From the NCBI GenBank assembly GCA_965226585.1, contig OZ245366.1:128001-192000 (forward strand): a stretch of 64,000 bases of DNA. Direction: 5' to 3'. Numbering within the stretch: the first letter of the stretch is position 1; the number at the start of each line of letters is the position of its first letter. Source of the DNA: Thermodesulfobacteriota bacterium. Lineage in GTDB: Bacteria; Desulfobacterota_D; UBA1144; Nemesobacterales; Mycalebacteriaceae. A program made the translations under genes and the position numbers. The notes beneath the pieces are model-generated. The model had not been told where the DNA came from and made no database searches. It saw only the letters and a program-made list of their open reading frames with translations. Positions 10,524-20,027 of this stretch are shown here, piece after piece.

Positions 10524-10927
10524 GGAAGAAACCTGTCTGAAAATTCCTCAGGCGGCAACCGGCAGGAATCAAATCTTCCGAACCACACATAACGTTTCGC
10601 CGCTATGCGGGAATAAACATAATCCCTTATAAAAGCGGGAATAACCCTCAAAACCACAGCGAACCGCCACGCGCCTCCCGTTTCCTCAAGTATCTTTATC
10701 ACCGCGTCCGAACGGCGGCGGACTGTTCCCCCGGTGTCCACATACGCTATGCTCCAGTCGCGAAAATTACGGGCAATAAAATGAGCGGCGGCGGTGTCGC
10801 CCTGAAGGGGCGCGAAAAAAAAGGATTTCTTCAAGTCTTTTTTCAGAACAAAATCAACAAACCCGTTGCACAAACCGCAAACGCCGTCAAAGAAAATTAC
10901 GGGCTTTTCAAAGCCGGGACGGTTCAA
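10520..10927 (-). CDS. DCC1-like thiol-disulfide oxidoreductase (DUF393)
   Basis: [19 protein letters not shown] and RYVWFGR motifs. Confidence 0.9.
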   Translation of the reverse strand: MNRPGFEKPVIFFDGVCGLCNGFVDFVLKKDLKKSFFFAPLQGDTAAAHFIARNFRDWSIAYVDTGGTVRRRSDAVIKILEETGGAWRFAVVLRVIPAFIRDYVYSRIAAKRYVWFGRFDSCRLPPEEFSDRFLP

Positions 10928-12189
10928 GAAAACACCGCGAGCAAAATTCCGGCGGCAACCGCAGAGCCGAGAACACCCGCCACGTTGGGACCCATCGCGT
11001 GCATCAGAAGAACGTTTTGAGGGTCTTCCTTCGCGCCCACATCCTGGGAAACTCGCGCCGCCATGGGAACGGCAGACACTCCCGCGGAACCTATTAGCGG
11101 GTTGATCTTATTTGCGGAAAAACGGTTGAGCAGTTTCGCCTTGAGAACACCTGATGCCGTCCCGATGCAGAAAGCGACAACGCCGAGAAGCAAAATCCCT
11201 ATCGTCTCAATGGTCAGAAACTCTTTGGACGAAAGTTTGGAGCCGACTCCCAGACCGAGAAATATGGTTGTGATGTTTATGAGAGAATTCTGCGCCGTGT
11301 CTGAAAGACGGTCAACAACTCCGCATTCTTTCATCAGGTTGCCGAACATAAAAAACCCTATAAGCGGCGCGGCGGAGGGAAGGAAAAGTGCGCACAAGGC
11401 GACTGCGATAAGCGGGAAAATAACCTTCTCCGTCTTGCTCACGGGTCTGAGCTGTTTCATCCTTATCATCCTCTCCTCTTTTGTCGTAAGAGCCTTCATT
11501 ATCGGGGGCTGAATAAGGGGAACAAGAGCCATATACGAATACGCCGCGACCGAAATCGCGCCGAGCAGACGCGGAGAAAGTTGAGACGAAACATATATCG
11601 CGGTGGGCCCGTCCGCGCCCCCGATTATCCCGATTGAAGCGGCGTCTTTGAAGGAAAAATCTATGCCGTCAACAACTTGCGTGAGAGCAAGCGCGCCTAT
11701 CAGCGTGGCAAAGATGCCGAACTGAGCGGCGACTCCGAGAAGTATCGTTCTCGGATTGGCAAGCATGGGACCGAAATCCGTCAAAGCCCCGACACCCATG
11801 AAAATTATCAGCGGGAAAATCCCCGTTTTAATGCCGGCATCGTAAATGTAGTTGAGTATCCCGCCCGGCTCGTTTATGCCGGAAAGCGGTATGTTGGCAA
11901 GCACGCACCCGAAACCGATTGTAACAAGCAGAAGCGGCTCAAACTGTTTCGCGATTCCGAGGTAGAGAAGAAGAAAACCGACCGACACCATCATCAGCCG
12001 CCCGGGACCCTCCACCCACGAGTCGCCGGAAGTGAAAAAATGCTTCACGCCCGTCTGATTGGCAAGTTCTTTAAATATGTCAACAAGACCCGGAAGCGCG
12101 CCTTCTCCGCCGGCCGCGAAAGCGGGGGGAACGGCGTAAAGGGCGCAAACCGCAACCAGAGCCACAGCAAATATGGAGGTTTTTTTCAT
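10924..12189 (-). CDS. oadB: Sodium-translocating decarboxylase beta subunit
   Basis: [36 protein letters not shown] and AMGPNVAG motifs. Confidence 0.96.
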   Translation of the reverse strand: MKKTSIFAVALVAVCALYAVPPAFAAGGEGALPGLVDIFKELANQTGVKHFFTSGDSWVEGPGRLMMVSVGFLLLYLGIAKQFEPLLLVTIGFGCVLANIPLSGINEPGGILNYIYDAGIKTGIFPLIIFMGVGALTDFGPMLANPRTILLGVAAQFGIFATLIGALALTQVVDGIDFSFKDAASIGIIGGADGPTAIYVSSQLSPRLLGAISVAAYSYMALVPLIQPPIMKALTTKEERMIRMKQLRPVSKTEKVIFPLIAVALCALFLPSAAPLIGFFMFGNLMKECGVVDRLSDTAQNSLINITTIFLGLGVGSKLSSKEFLTIETIGILLLGVVAFCIGTASGVLKAKLLNRFSANKINPLIGSAGVSAVPMAARVSQDVGAKEDPQNVLLMHAMGPNVAGVLGSAVAAGILLAVFS

Positions 12190-12206
12190 CTCACAAACAC
12201 AGACCG

Positions 12207-14042
12207 TCAGGCGGGAGAAACCGTCAGCAGAACCTGCCCGGATTCAACCACATCGCCCGCGCTCACTTCTATTGACGCCACAACTCCGGCGCATGGCGAA
12301 ACAACGGGCGTTTCCATTTTCATCGCTTCAAGCACCAGCAGGGGCTGGTTTTCCTCAACCCTGTCGCCAACTGAAACTGAAATTTTGTAGACATTGCCCG
12401 GAACGGCCGCCGTAAGAGCGGTCGCCTCTCCCGTGGCGGCGGGAGCCGTGCCTGAGGATGCCGCCGCCTGAGGCGGAGCGTCCATGCCTTCTGTGAGGCT
12501 CACGGCGTAGTCTTTGCCGTCAACGTTTACGGAGAAATCATCGCTTCCCTCTTTCGGGCTTATGCGGACGGCGTAGTTCCTGCCGTCAAGGGTGGCGGTG
12601 AAGGCGTCCGGGGTTTTTCCCTTTTCCCCTTCGGGCTTTTCGGCTGAGGATTTTCTCACGTTTATGGAAAAATCGCCTTTGAGGAAATCAAGCCCCTTGT
12701 TTCCGCCCGGCGTTTCAAGAGCGCCGACTATAAATATGTTTTCATCGGTAACCGGAAGCCCCTCTTTCTCAAGAATGCCTTTCGCGACCGGAATTCCGGG
12801 CTCAATTATCTCAAGCGGGTCGCCGTCAAAACGGGGTTTGCCCATCTGCTCTTCGGCGATTTTCACAACCTCAGGGTCGGGCGGAACGGGTGTGCGCCCG
12901 AAGTATCCGAGAACCATGTTGCCGTACCCCTCAGCGATTTTGTTCCACTTGCCCTGAGTTACGTTCGCAAACGCCTGCTGAAAGTAGAACTGCGAAACCG
13001 GCGTTACGGAAGTGCCGAAACCGCCCTTGGCAACGCACTCAGACATCTCCTCTATAACTTTGGGGTAGAGCTCAAGCGTGTTGGTGTCGCGCATCATCAT
13101 CGTGTTCGCCGTAAGCGCGCCGCCCGGCATCGGGGAAAGCAGAACCTCAGACGAAATTCCCAGTGCCTCTGGCGGGAAATAGTAGTCCGCCATGCATTCC
13201 TTGAAAACTGCGTTCGCCTCAAGGATTTTCTTCAAGTCAACGTCAAGCGTAAAATCCGTTCCTTTCAGCGCGCCGCACATTGAAACAATGTCGGGCTGGG
13301 AGGTTCCGCCCGAAACGGGAGCCCTTGCCACGCATATTCCGTCGCATCCCGCCTCTATAGCGGCGGTGTACTGGGCAACGCCCTGCGAGGCGGTTTCGTG
13401 TGTGTGAACCCACAGCACCGTGTCGTTTCCAACAACCTCTCTCGCGCCCTTTACCGTGTCGTAAACCTTGCGGGGATTTGAGGTTCCCGAAGCGTCTTTG
13501 AAGCAAATGGAGTCAAACGGAAGACCGGAATCAAGTATCTCGCGCACCTTGGATATGTAGAAAGCAGAATCGTGCGCGCCTTCGCATCCGGGCGGAAGCT
13601 CCATCATGGTTACGACAACCTGATGGTGAATGCCCGCGTTTTTTATGCACTGCGCCGAGTATTCAAGGTTTCTCACGTCGTTGAGGGCGTCGAAGTTTCT
13701 TATGTGCGTTATGCCGTGCTTTTTGAACATCTTCGCGTGAAGATCAATCATATCTTTGGGCTGGGCGGAAAGCGCGACCACATTTATTCCCCTTGCCAAT
13801 GTCTGGAGATTGGCTTCGGGCCCCGCAGCGGTTCTGAAACTGTCCATCATGTCAAAAGCGGACTCCCCGCAGTAGAGGAAAAGACTCTGAAACCTCGCCC
13901 CGCCTCCCGCTTCAAAATGGGTTATGCCCGAATGAGATGCGGCTTCAACCGCCGGAATGAAATCGGAGGTCAGCACACGCGCTCCGAAAAATGACTGAAA
14001 GCCGTCTCTGAAAGACGTATCCTGGAAAAGTATCTTCTTCAT
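12207..14042 (-). CDS. oadA: Oxaloacetate decarboxylase alpha / pyruvate carboxylase B-type subunit with biotin carrier domain
   Basis: RDGFQS carboxyltransferase start, HTH metal ligands, MPGG, VTPVSQ, and C-terminal EAMKME biotin site. Confidence 0.9.
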   Translation of the reverse strand: MKKILFQDTSFRDGFQSFFGARVLTSDFIPAVEAASHSGITHFEAGGGARFQSLFLYCGESAFDMMDSFRTAAGPEANLQTLARGINVVALSAQPKDMIDLHAKMFKKHGITHIRNFDALNDVRNLEYSAQCIKNAGIHHQVVVTMMELPPGCEGAHDSAFYISKVREILDSGLPFDSICFKDASGTSNPRKVYDTVKGAREVVGNDTVLWVHTHETASQGVAQYTAAIEAGCDGICVARAPVSGGTSQPDIVSMCGALKGTDFTLDVDLKKILEANAVFKECMADYYFPPEALGISSEVLLSPMPGGALTANTMMMRDTNTLELYPKVIEEMSECVAKGGFGTSVTPVSQFYFQQAFANVTQGKWNKIAEGYGNMVLGYFGRTPVPPDPEVVKIAEEQMGKPRFDGDPLEIIEPGIPVAKGILEKEGLPVTDENIFIVGALETPGGNKGLDFLKGDFSINVRKSSAEKPEGEKGKTPDAFTATLDGRNYAVRISPKEGSDDFSVNVDGKDYAVSLTEGMDAPPQAAASSGTAPAATGEATALTAAVPGNVYKISVSVGDRVEENQPLLVLEAMKMETPVVSPCAGVVASIEVSAGDVVESGQVLLTVSPA

Positions 14043-14045
14043 GGC

Positions 14046-14267
14046 TTACCTTTTTGCCGCCTTATAAGCTGTAACTGCCGCGGAAACCACCGCCGCGACC
14101 GCTCCGGAAGGTGCGCCGCCGCCGGCTTTTCCACCGCCCGAAGGCGCCGGTTCACCGCGTTTGCCGAAGAAATAGGCGGAAACCTTTATCATCACAAAAA
14201 GCGCGGAGAGGAATATGTAAACCACAAACATCCCCGCCAGCATCAGTTTAAAACCTTCTAATATCAT
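14046..14267 (-). CDS. oadG: Sodium-pump decarboxylase gamma subunit
   Basis: Single TM helix (LMLAGMFVVYIFL), Pro/Ala/Gly linker, AAVVSAAVTAY tail; first gene of oadGAB. Confidence 0.88.
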   Translation of the reverse strand: MILEGFKLMLAGMFVVYIFLSALFVMIKVSAYFFGKRGEPAPSGGGKAGGGAPSGAVAAVVSAAVTAYKAAKR

Positions 14268-14376
14268 CGGCTCTGCGCCGCCCGGCAGTAAAAACGGTCT
14301 CACCATTTAACAACAAGCGCGGGGGCTTGTCAACTTGACCGCAACGCCGTATGTGGTAGTTTTACGCCCGCTTGTT

Positions 14377-14526
14377 ATGAAAAGAACATTTCAACCGCAC
14401 AGAAAGAAAGCTGTAAAAACCCACGGTTTCCGGGCGAGAATGAGCACGGTGGGCGGACGCCGCACTTTGAAGAGAAGAGCGCAGAAAGGCAGGCGCGTTT
14501 TGGCCCTCCAGTTCCGGTCGAAATGA
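14377..14526 (+). CDS. rpmH: 50S ribosomal protein L34
   Basis: MKRTFQPH...[19 protein letters not shown]. Confidence 0.97.
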   Translation: MKRTFQPHRKKAVKTHGFRARMSTVGGRRTLKRRAQKGRRVLALQFRSK

Positions 14527-14885
14527 GCGAAGCCTGCGGCGGGAAACTCCGGAAAAGAGACAAACTGATGGAAAAAACCGAATATACGCGTGTCCTTGGA
14601 AAAGGGACGAGGCTTTCATCTCAAAACTTTTCCGCTTCCGTTCTCGGAAACGGCCTCGGCTTTCCCCGCGTAGGGCATGTTGTGGCGAAAAAAACTGTCT
14701 CGTCCGCAGTTTTAAGAAACAAAATCAAACGCCGATTCAGAGAAATTTTCAGGCTGAACAAACAGAAATTCGGTTCCAACGACGTTGTATTCATAGCGAA
14801 AACCGACTCGTCAAACCTCCCCTTTCAGACTGTCAGCAGGGAAATCCTCGGCATGGTGAGCGGGGAGGAGAACCCTCGTGGCTGA
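14523..14885 (+). CDS. rnpA: Ribonuclease P protein component
   Basis: RVGHVVAKK and [13 protein letters not shown] (RNR motif); located after rpmH. Confidence 0.93.
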   Translation: MSEACGGKLRKRDKLMEKTEYTRVLGKGTRLSSQNFSASVLGNGLGFPRVGHVVAKKTVSSAVLRNKIKRRFREIFRLNKQKFGSNDVVFIAKTDSSNLPFQTVSREILGMVSGEENPRG

Positions 14886-15114
14886 GAGCGCGGCTTTACG
14901 CCTTGCAGTTTTCCTTATAAAGGCATACGGGAAAATCGTCTCGCCGCTTCTGGGACGCCGCTGCCGCTTTTACCCCAGTTGCTCGCAGTACGCTGTGGAA
15001 GCTCTGGAAATTCACGGAATTGGAGCGGGAGCGAAAATGGCGGCGGGAAGAATAGCGAGATGCCATCCGCTCAACCCCGGCGGCTATGACCCCGTAAGAC
15101 GCGCGGCGCGGTAA
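14878..15114 (+). CDS. yidD: Membrane protein insertion efficiency factor
   Basis: CRFYPSCSQY and RIARCHPLNPGGYDPV motifs. Confidence 0.96.
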   Translation: MAESAALRLAVFLIKAYGKIVSPLLGRRCRFYPSCSQYAVEALEIHGIGAGAKMAAGRIARCHPLNPGGYDPVRRAAR

Positions 15115-15119
15115 AAAAT

Positions 15120-16766
15120 ATGCAAAACGAAAAATTCACTTCCAATTACATAATTTTTGCGGTTCTGGCTCTCGGAATCATATTCGGATACTCAAAACTG
15201 TTTCCGGCGGCAACGGGGCGCGCACCCGCAGAAACACCCGCCGTTCAGAAAAGCGCGGCGGCAACGCCTGCTGAGCAGACGGCGGTAGAGTCGGTTTCTG
15301 CGGAAAACCTGTGGGCTGAAAGCGGAAACGGGAGCGAGGGAAGCGTCATAGAGATAGAGACTCCGCTTTACACGGCGCGTGTGAACACGCAGGGCGGAAC
15401 GATTGAAAGCTGGGTGCTGAAAAACTATCTGGAGGATCCGGAAAACGGCTCGGGGCCTCTCAAACTTGTTGGCGGCGAAACAACCGCGCCGGAAGCGGTT
15501 CTGTCGTTTGAGGGGACAAACATCCCGTCAAAGATACCGTTCAGATACAAGGGCGAAACCGCCGTCAAGGTGGACGGGCTTTCAAGGGAAATAGCGCTTG
15601 TCTATGAAAAAGGCGGCATGAAGATAGTCAAAACACTATCCTTCTCGCCGGACACCTACCTGATTGGGGGCAGATACGACATACGCAACCGGTCTTCGGC
15701 AACTGTTGAATACGCGGCGCACTTTCTCCAGAACGGAAAAGTTGAGGAGGAAAGATACGGGCCCTCGGACGCCCTTATAGCCTCGGTTGGCGGTGAGGTT
15801 AAACGGTTCAACGGCACGGACGACATAGGCAAACCGCTTTCGGGAAAGGTGGAATGGCTGGGATTTTCAAAAAAATACTTCATTCTGGCTTCCCTTCCGG
15901 AATCCGGACGCAATACCGGAGTCAGCGCGTCTGCCGTGGGCGACACGGTCAAAACCCGCTTTTCCTACGGGCGTTTCTCCATCCCGCCGGGGTCGGAAGC
16001 GGTTCGCCAGTGGAAATCGTATCTGGGCCCCAAGCGCGAGAAACTGCTCGCCGCCGCGGGCTACGGGTTTGAAAACGCGATTGACTACGGATGGTTCGGC
16101 ACTCTTTCCAGAATCGCCGTCAGAATACTCAACTACACAAACGGGTTCTTCAACAACTACGGTGTTTCTATCATCGTGATAACGTTCGCGTTCCGCCTGC
16201 TCTTCCTTCCCATGTCCGTCAAGGGAATGAGATCTATGAAGAAGATGCAGAAAAAAATGGAGACGATTAAGCCGAAACTGGACGCGCTTAAAGAGAAATT
16301 CAAAGACGACAAAAAACGCCAAAACGAAGAGATGATGAAACTGTATTCAAGCCACGGGATAAACCCGCTCAGCAGTCTGGGCGGATGCCTTCCGATGCTT
16401 GCTCAGGTGCCGGTTTTCATCGCGCTCTACTACGGTCTGCTTTACTCAATAGACTTGCGGCACAGTTCGTTTCTGTGGATAAGCGACCTGTCCGCCCCGG
16501 AGATGCTGTTCGACATACCGCTCACATCCGTGCCGTTCAGAATTCTCCCTCTCGCCATGGGCATTTCGTGGTGGTTTTCAACAAAACTCACCCCGATAGC
16601 GGCGGCGGGAGACACGGCGGCAATGCAGGCGAAAATAATGCAGTTTATGCCTGTGGTCTTCACTTTCGTGATGTGGGACTTTCCGTCCGGGCTTGTACTC
16701 TACTGGACGGCAAGCAACGTGCTGAGCGTGGCGCAGCAGATATACATAAACAGGAGTACAGCATAG
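15120..16766 (+). CDS. yidC: Membrane protein insertase YidC
   Basis: N-terminal TM, periplasmic domain, IDYGWFG, GGCLPML and PSGLVLYW motifs. Confidence 0.96.
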   Translation: MQNEKFTSNYIIFAVLALGIIFGYSKLFPAATGRAPAETPAVQKSAAATPAEQTAVESVSAENLWAESGNGSEGSVIEIETPLYTARVNTQGGTIESWVLKNYLEDPENGSGPLKLVGGETTAPEAVLSFEGTNIPSKIPFRYKGETAVKVDGLSREIALVYEKGGMKIVKTLSFSPDTYLIGGRYDIRNRSSATVEYAAHFLQNGKVEEERYGPSDALIASVGGEVKRFNGTDDIGKPLSGKVEWLGFSKKYFILASLPESGRNTGVSASAVGDTVKTRFSYGRFSIPPGSEAVRQWKSYLGPKREKLLAAAGYGFENAIDYGWFGTLSRIAVRILNYTNGFFNNYGVSIIVITFAFRLLFLPMSVKGMRSMKKMQKKMETIKPKLDALKEKFKDDKKRQNEEMMKLYSSHGINPLSSLGGCLPMLAQVPVFIALYYGLLYSIDLRHSSFLWISDLSAPEMLFDIPLTSVPFRILPLAMGISWWFSTKLTPIAAAGDTAAMQAKIMQFMPVVFTFVMWDFPSGLVLYWTASNVLSVAQQIYINRSTA

Positions 16767-16800
16767 AATAAGAAATACAAAAGTTTCGGAGGAAAAGATT

Positions 16801-17478
16801 ATGAGACAGATAGAGAAAGAAGCGGCAACGGCGGAAGAGGCGATTGAAGAAGCCCTGCTTGAGCTCGGAGTCGAGAGAAACGAGGTTGGTGTTGAGGTTT
16901 TGCGCGAAGCGTCCCGGGGATTTCTCGGAATCGGCGGCAGGAAGGCAAAGATACGGGTTACGGTTGGAGGGTCCGGTGGCGGCACAGCGGCGGCGGCTTC
17001 CTACGCGCCTGAAAAGATAGCGGGCGAAGCCGGGCAGACAACAGAGCGGATTCTGGAGATAATGGGCATCGGGCACTCAATTAAAGTTTCTGAAACAGAC
17101 GCGGCGATAGAGATTGACCTGAAAGTTGAGGAGTCGCAGGGACTGCTGATAGGAAAATACGGGGAGACGCTGAGAAACCTTGAGTATCTGGTCGCGAGGA
17201 TTGTTTCCGCGAAAACCGGCAAACAGCCCAACCACGGAAAGAGAATCTCCATAGACGTGAACAACTACAAAAGAGAGCGCGAAAAAGAGATTGAGAGAAA
17301 AGCCATTGAGGCGGCAAAAAAGGTTATAGAGTCGGGCAGGCCGTTCACATTCCATAACATGCAGGCGTATGAGAGAAAGGTTGTCTACACGGCTGTAAAG
17401 GATATGAGCGGCGTCCGGTTTGAGACAAAAGAGGACGGCAACTCGAAGAAAATCACCTTCCTGCCGTCCCAGAAATAG
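16801..17478 (+). CDS. jag: RNA-binding protein Jag/KhpB/EloR
   Basis: Jag_N (EEAIEEALLELG, GFLGIG), KH domain (GLLIGKYGETL), degenerate R3H; follows yidC. Confidence 0.92.
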   Translation: MRQIEKEAATAEEAIEEALLELGVERNEVGVEVLREASRGFLGIGGRKAKIRVTVGGSGGGTAAAASYAPEKIAGEAGQTTERILEIMGIGHSIKVSETDAAIEIDLKVEESQGLLIGKYGETLRNLEYLVARIVSAKTGKQPNHGKRISIDVNNYKREREKEIERKAIEAAKKVIESGRPFTFHNMQAYERKVVYTAVKDMSGVRFETKEDGNSKKITFLPSQK

Positions 17479-17490
17479 GAAATCTCTCCC

Positions 17491-18246
17491 GTGAACAGCG
17501 GGGCGGAAACGTTTATTGATATCCTGTCGTCTTCGGGCGGCGCGGCGGTTCTTACCGGGGCGGGCATAAGCACCGAGTCCGGAATCCCGGATTACAGGTC
17601 TCCCGAAGAGGGGATGTGGGAAAAGATGGATCAGTCTGTCGTGTCTGTTGACGGTTTTATCGCAAATCCCGCCGCCTACTACGAATACGCTCTGGAACTT
17701 CACCCCGTCCGCAGCGCGGCAAAGCCGAACGCCGGGCATTTTTTGTTTGCGGAACTTGAGCGGCGGGGACTCACAAACGGAGTCATCACCCAGAATGTAG
17801 ACGGTCTTCACTCTGCGGCGGGCTCGGAAACAGTCCATGAACTGCACGGCTCAATAAGGGAGACCGTCTGCCTTGAGTGCGGTTTGAAAGAACCGATGGA
17901 CGGGGTTATGGAAAGAGTCGCGGGAGGGGAAACGGAGCCCCGCTGTGAATGCGGAGGCATTATGAAACCAAACGCTGTTTTCTTCGGCGAGCCGCTTCCG
18001 CGCGCGCCATGGAACAATGCCGTAAAAGCCGCGGAGGAGGCGGGAGCCCTGATTGTTGCCGGCTCGTCTCTTGTGGTAGCGCCGGCAAGCACACTGCCGC
18101 GTATCGCTCTGAACGGCGGGGCGAAACTGATAATCCTGAATCTAATGGAAACGCCCTACGATGATGAGGCGGATCTTGTGGTGAGAGAAAAAATCTCCGT
18201 TTTTGCGGAGCGCGCCGCGCAGGTTCTCAAATCACGCGACAACTGA
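17491..18246 (+). CDS. cobB: NAD-dependent deacylase (Sir2 family)
   Basis: TGAGISTESGIPDYR, TQNVDGLH, ELHGS, zinc cysteines, GSSLVV motifs. Confidence 0.95.
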   Translation: MNSGAETFIDILSSSGGAAVLTGAGISTESGIPDYRSPEEGMWEKMDQSVVSVDGFIANPAAYYEYALELHPVRSAAKPNAGHFLFAELERRGLTNGVITQNVDGLHSAAGSETVHELHGSIRETVCLECGLKEPMDGVMERVAGGETEPRCECGGIMKPNAVFFGEPLPRAPWNNAVKAAEEAGALIVAGSSLVVAPASTLPRIALNGGAKLIILNLMETPYDDEADLVVREKISVFAERAAQVLKSRDN

Positions 18247-18299
18247 AAAACTGAATACGGAAAACCGGCGGACACACAAGCCCGCCGGAAGAAAATTCA

Positions 18300-18965
18300 T
18301 TAGAAGTGCATTCCGACGCCCGAGGCGAACTTAACCGCTTCGGAGTTCCAGTCGTAGCCGAGTCCGGTGCTGATAAACCATTTGTCTGAAACCCGGAAGT
18401 TGAAAGTGTTGTCAATCTCCGCTCCGTTTCCAAACTCGTCCGCGAAGTTCCAGGCTCCGAGAACCGTCCATGAAAGACGCCCCTGACTGAGCTCAAAACC
18501 CGTGTTGAGACCCCACTCAAGTTCGGCCTGATTGCGTTTTGTGCGGTTGTTGCCGCTTGCATCCGCAGTGTAGGAAGTTCCGCGTATAAGTCCGACCGAG
18601 GGTCCCCCGAAAAACTTCACGTAATCGTTGAGGTCTTTGTACATAACGAACTTGGCGCTCGTGTCCAAAACCCAGGTCTTGAGGTTCCTGCCTCCCAAAG
18701 TGTATCCGGCCTGCGCATAGCTGGTTTCAGTTATAAGAGCAGAGCGGGAACTTTCGAGCACACGCGCGACCAGTTGAACCCCCTGCATTCTTCTGTTCTC
18801 TCTGGAATATTCCGCGAGTTCATCGCCATATTCCCGCGAGAAATAGTTTACCGTAACGCTGGAGCCGCCGAGCATCTCGTGGATGCCCGCCTCCGCTGCT
18901 GCCGGCGCACTGTAGCCGAAAGCAACTGAAATAATCAGAACCAGCGCGAGAATAAATCTCCTCAT
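18300..18965 (-). CDS. Putative outer-membrane beta-barrel protein
   Basis: GGAGG RBS, signal peptide MRRFILALVLIIS, amphipathic strands, C-terminal GVGMHF beta-signal. Confidence 0.65.
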   Translation of the reverse strand: MRRFILALVLIISVAFGYSAPAAAEAGIHEMLGGSSVTVNYFSREYGDELAEYSRENRRMQGVQLVARVLESSRSALITETSYAQAGYTLGGRNLKTWVLDTSAKFVMYKDLNDYVKFFGGPSVGLIRGTSYTADASGNNRTKRNQAELEWGLNTGFELSQGRLSWTVLGAWNFADEFGNGAEIDNTFNFRVSDKWFISTGLGYDWNSEAVKFASGVGMHF

Positions 18966-19103
18966 AATGTGTAATCCTCCCTTGAAGATACTGCCTTTAA
19001 AAACTCCGTTCATTTGGATATACAAGACCGCTCGGAAGCGGCTTTTGATTATACTCAATGGAAAGCCCCTCTAACAAGACCTATTTTAAGCCGCGCCACA
19101 GGG

Positions 19104-19559
19104 TCAACTTTCCCCCTTGGACTCCCTCCTCTGGACAAGTATAACCCATTTTCCCTTCTGGACAACCTCACCCTCCTGATTCAGGACGTCAAGTTCCCAT
19201 ATAAGAAAGCCCATGTTCGGTCTCTTGTGCTCGCGTTTCTCCGCAAGGCGGCGTTTTATCTTTATAGTGTCGCCGAACTTCACGGCTCCGGAAAAACGCC
19301 AGTCCTCAAGCCCCATAAACGCTATTGTCGCAAGGCGGGGCATCGTGAACCAGAGACCCGAAGATATTGAGAGAACACACAAACCGTGAGCAACACGGGT
19401 TTTGAAAACCGTTTTCTTCGCGAACTCTTCATCTATGTGCATGTTGTTGAAATCCGCCGAAAGCCCGGCGAAGTTCGTAACATCGGCTTCGGTAACGGTT
19501 CTGCCCGTGCTTTCGTGCTCTTCGCCAACTTCAATGTCTTCGTAGAAAATCTTTGACAT
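19104..19559 (-). CDS. MaoC-family (hotdog) dehydratase
   Basis: GRTVTEADVTNFAGLSADFNNMHIDEEFA and VAHG motifs. Confidence 0.92.
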   Translation of the reverse strand: MSKIFYEDIEVGEEHESTGRTVTEADVTNFAGLSADFNNMHIDEEFAKKTVFKTRVAHGLCVLSISSGLWFTMPRLATIAFMGLEDWRFSGAVKFGDTIKIKRRLAEKREHKRPNMGFLIWELDVLNQEGEVVQKGKWVILVQRRESKGES

Positions 19560-19571
19560 ATCTGCCTCCCG

Positions 19572-19994
19572 TTATCCGGAAACGGGGCGGAATTTCGGAA
19601 GCGTAACCTCATCGGTAACGTCGTCAAAAACCACCTCAACTTCCATTCCTATCTTCACGTCATTCACGTCGCAGTCCACAACGTTGGACATCATCTTAAC
19701 CCCTTCATCAAGCTCTATAAGGGCGACAACATAAGCGCCGTCTTCCTTGTATGCCTTTGTGGGACCCATGTGGTGTATGGAAAAAGTCCACACCTTTCCC
19801 CTGCCGGGAGACTTCACCCACTCTATGTCTGCGCTCATGTCGTCTCCGGGAGAGAACGCTCTGGGGTAGAAGAAGAACTTCCCGCTCTGTTTTGATCTGG
19901 GAAGCATAAGTTCATGTTTTTTGCATCCGTCCCAGTACGGTTTTGTTTCCGGACGAAACTCCGGAAGCGGTTTTGCGTATTTGTTTTCAGACAT
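19572..19994 (-). CDS. DUF35 (Zn-ribbon-like/OB-fold) acyl-CoA-binding protein
   Basis: PYWDG, FFYPR, GKVWTFS, YVVALIELDEG and IGMEVEVVF motifs; adjacent to a thiolase-like gene. Confidence 0.9.
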   Translation of the reverse strand: MSENKYAKPLPEFRPETKPYWDGCKKHELMLPRSKQSGKFFFYPRAFSPGDDMSADIEWVKSPGRGKVWTFSIHHMGPTKAYKEDGAYVVALIELDEGVKMMSNVVDCDVNDVKIGMEVEVVFDDVTDEVTLPKFRPVSG

Positions 19995-20027
19995 TTTTCA
20001 GTTTCCTCCTGATAGTTTCTCCGCGCG

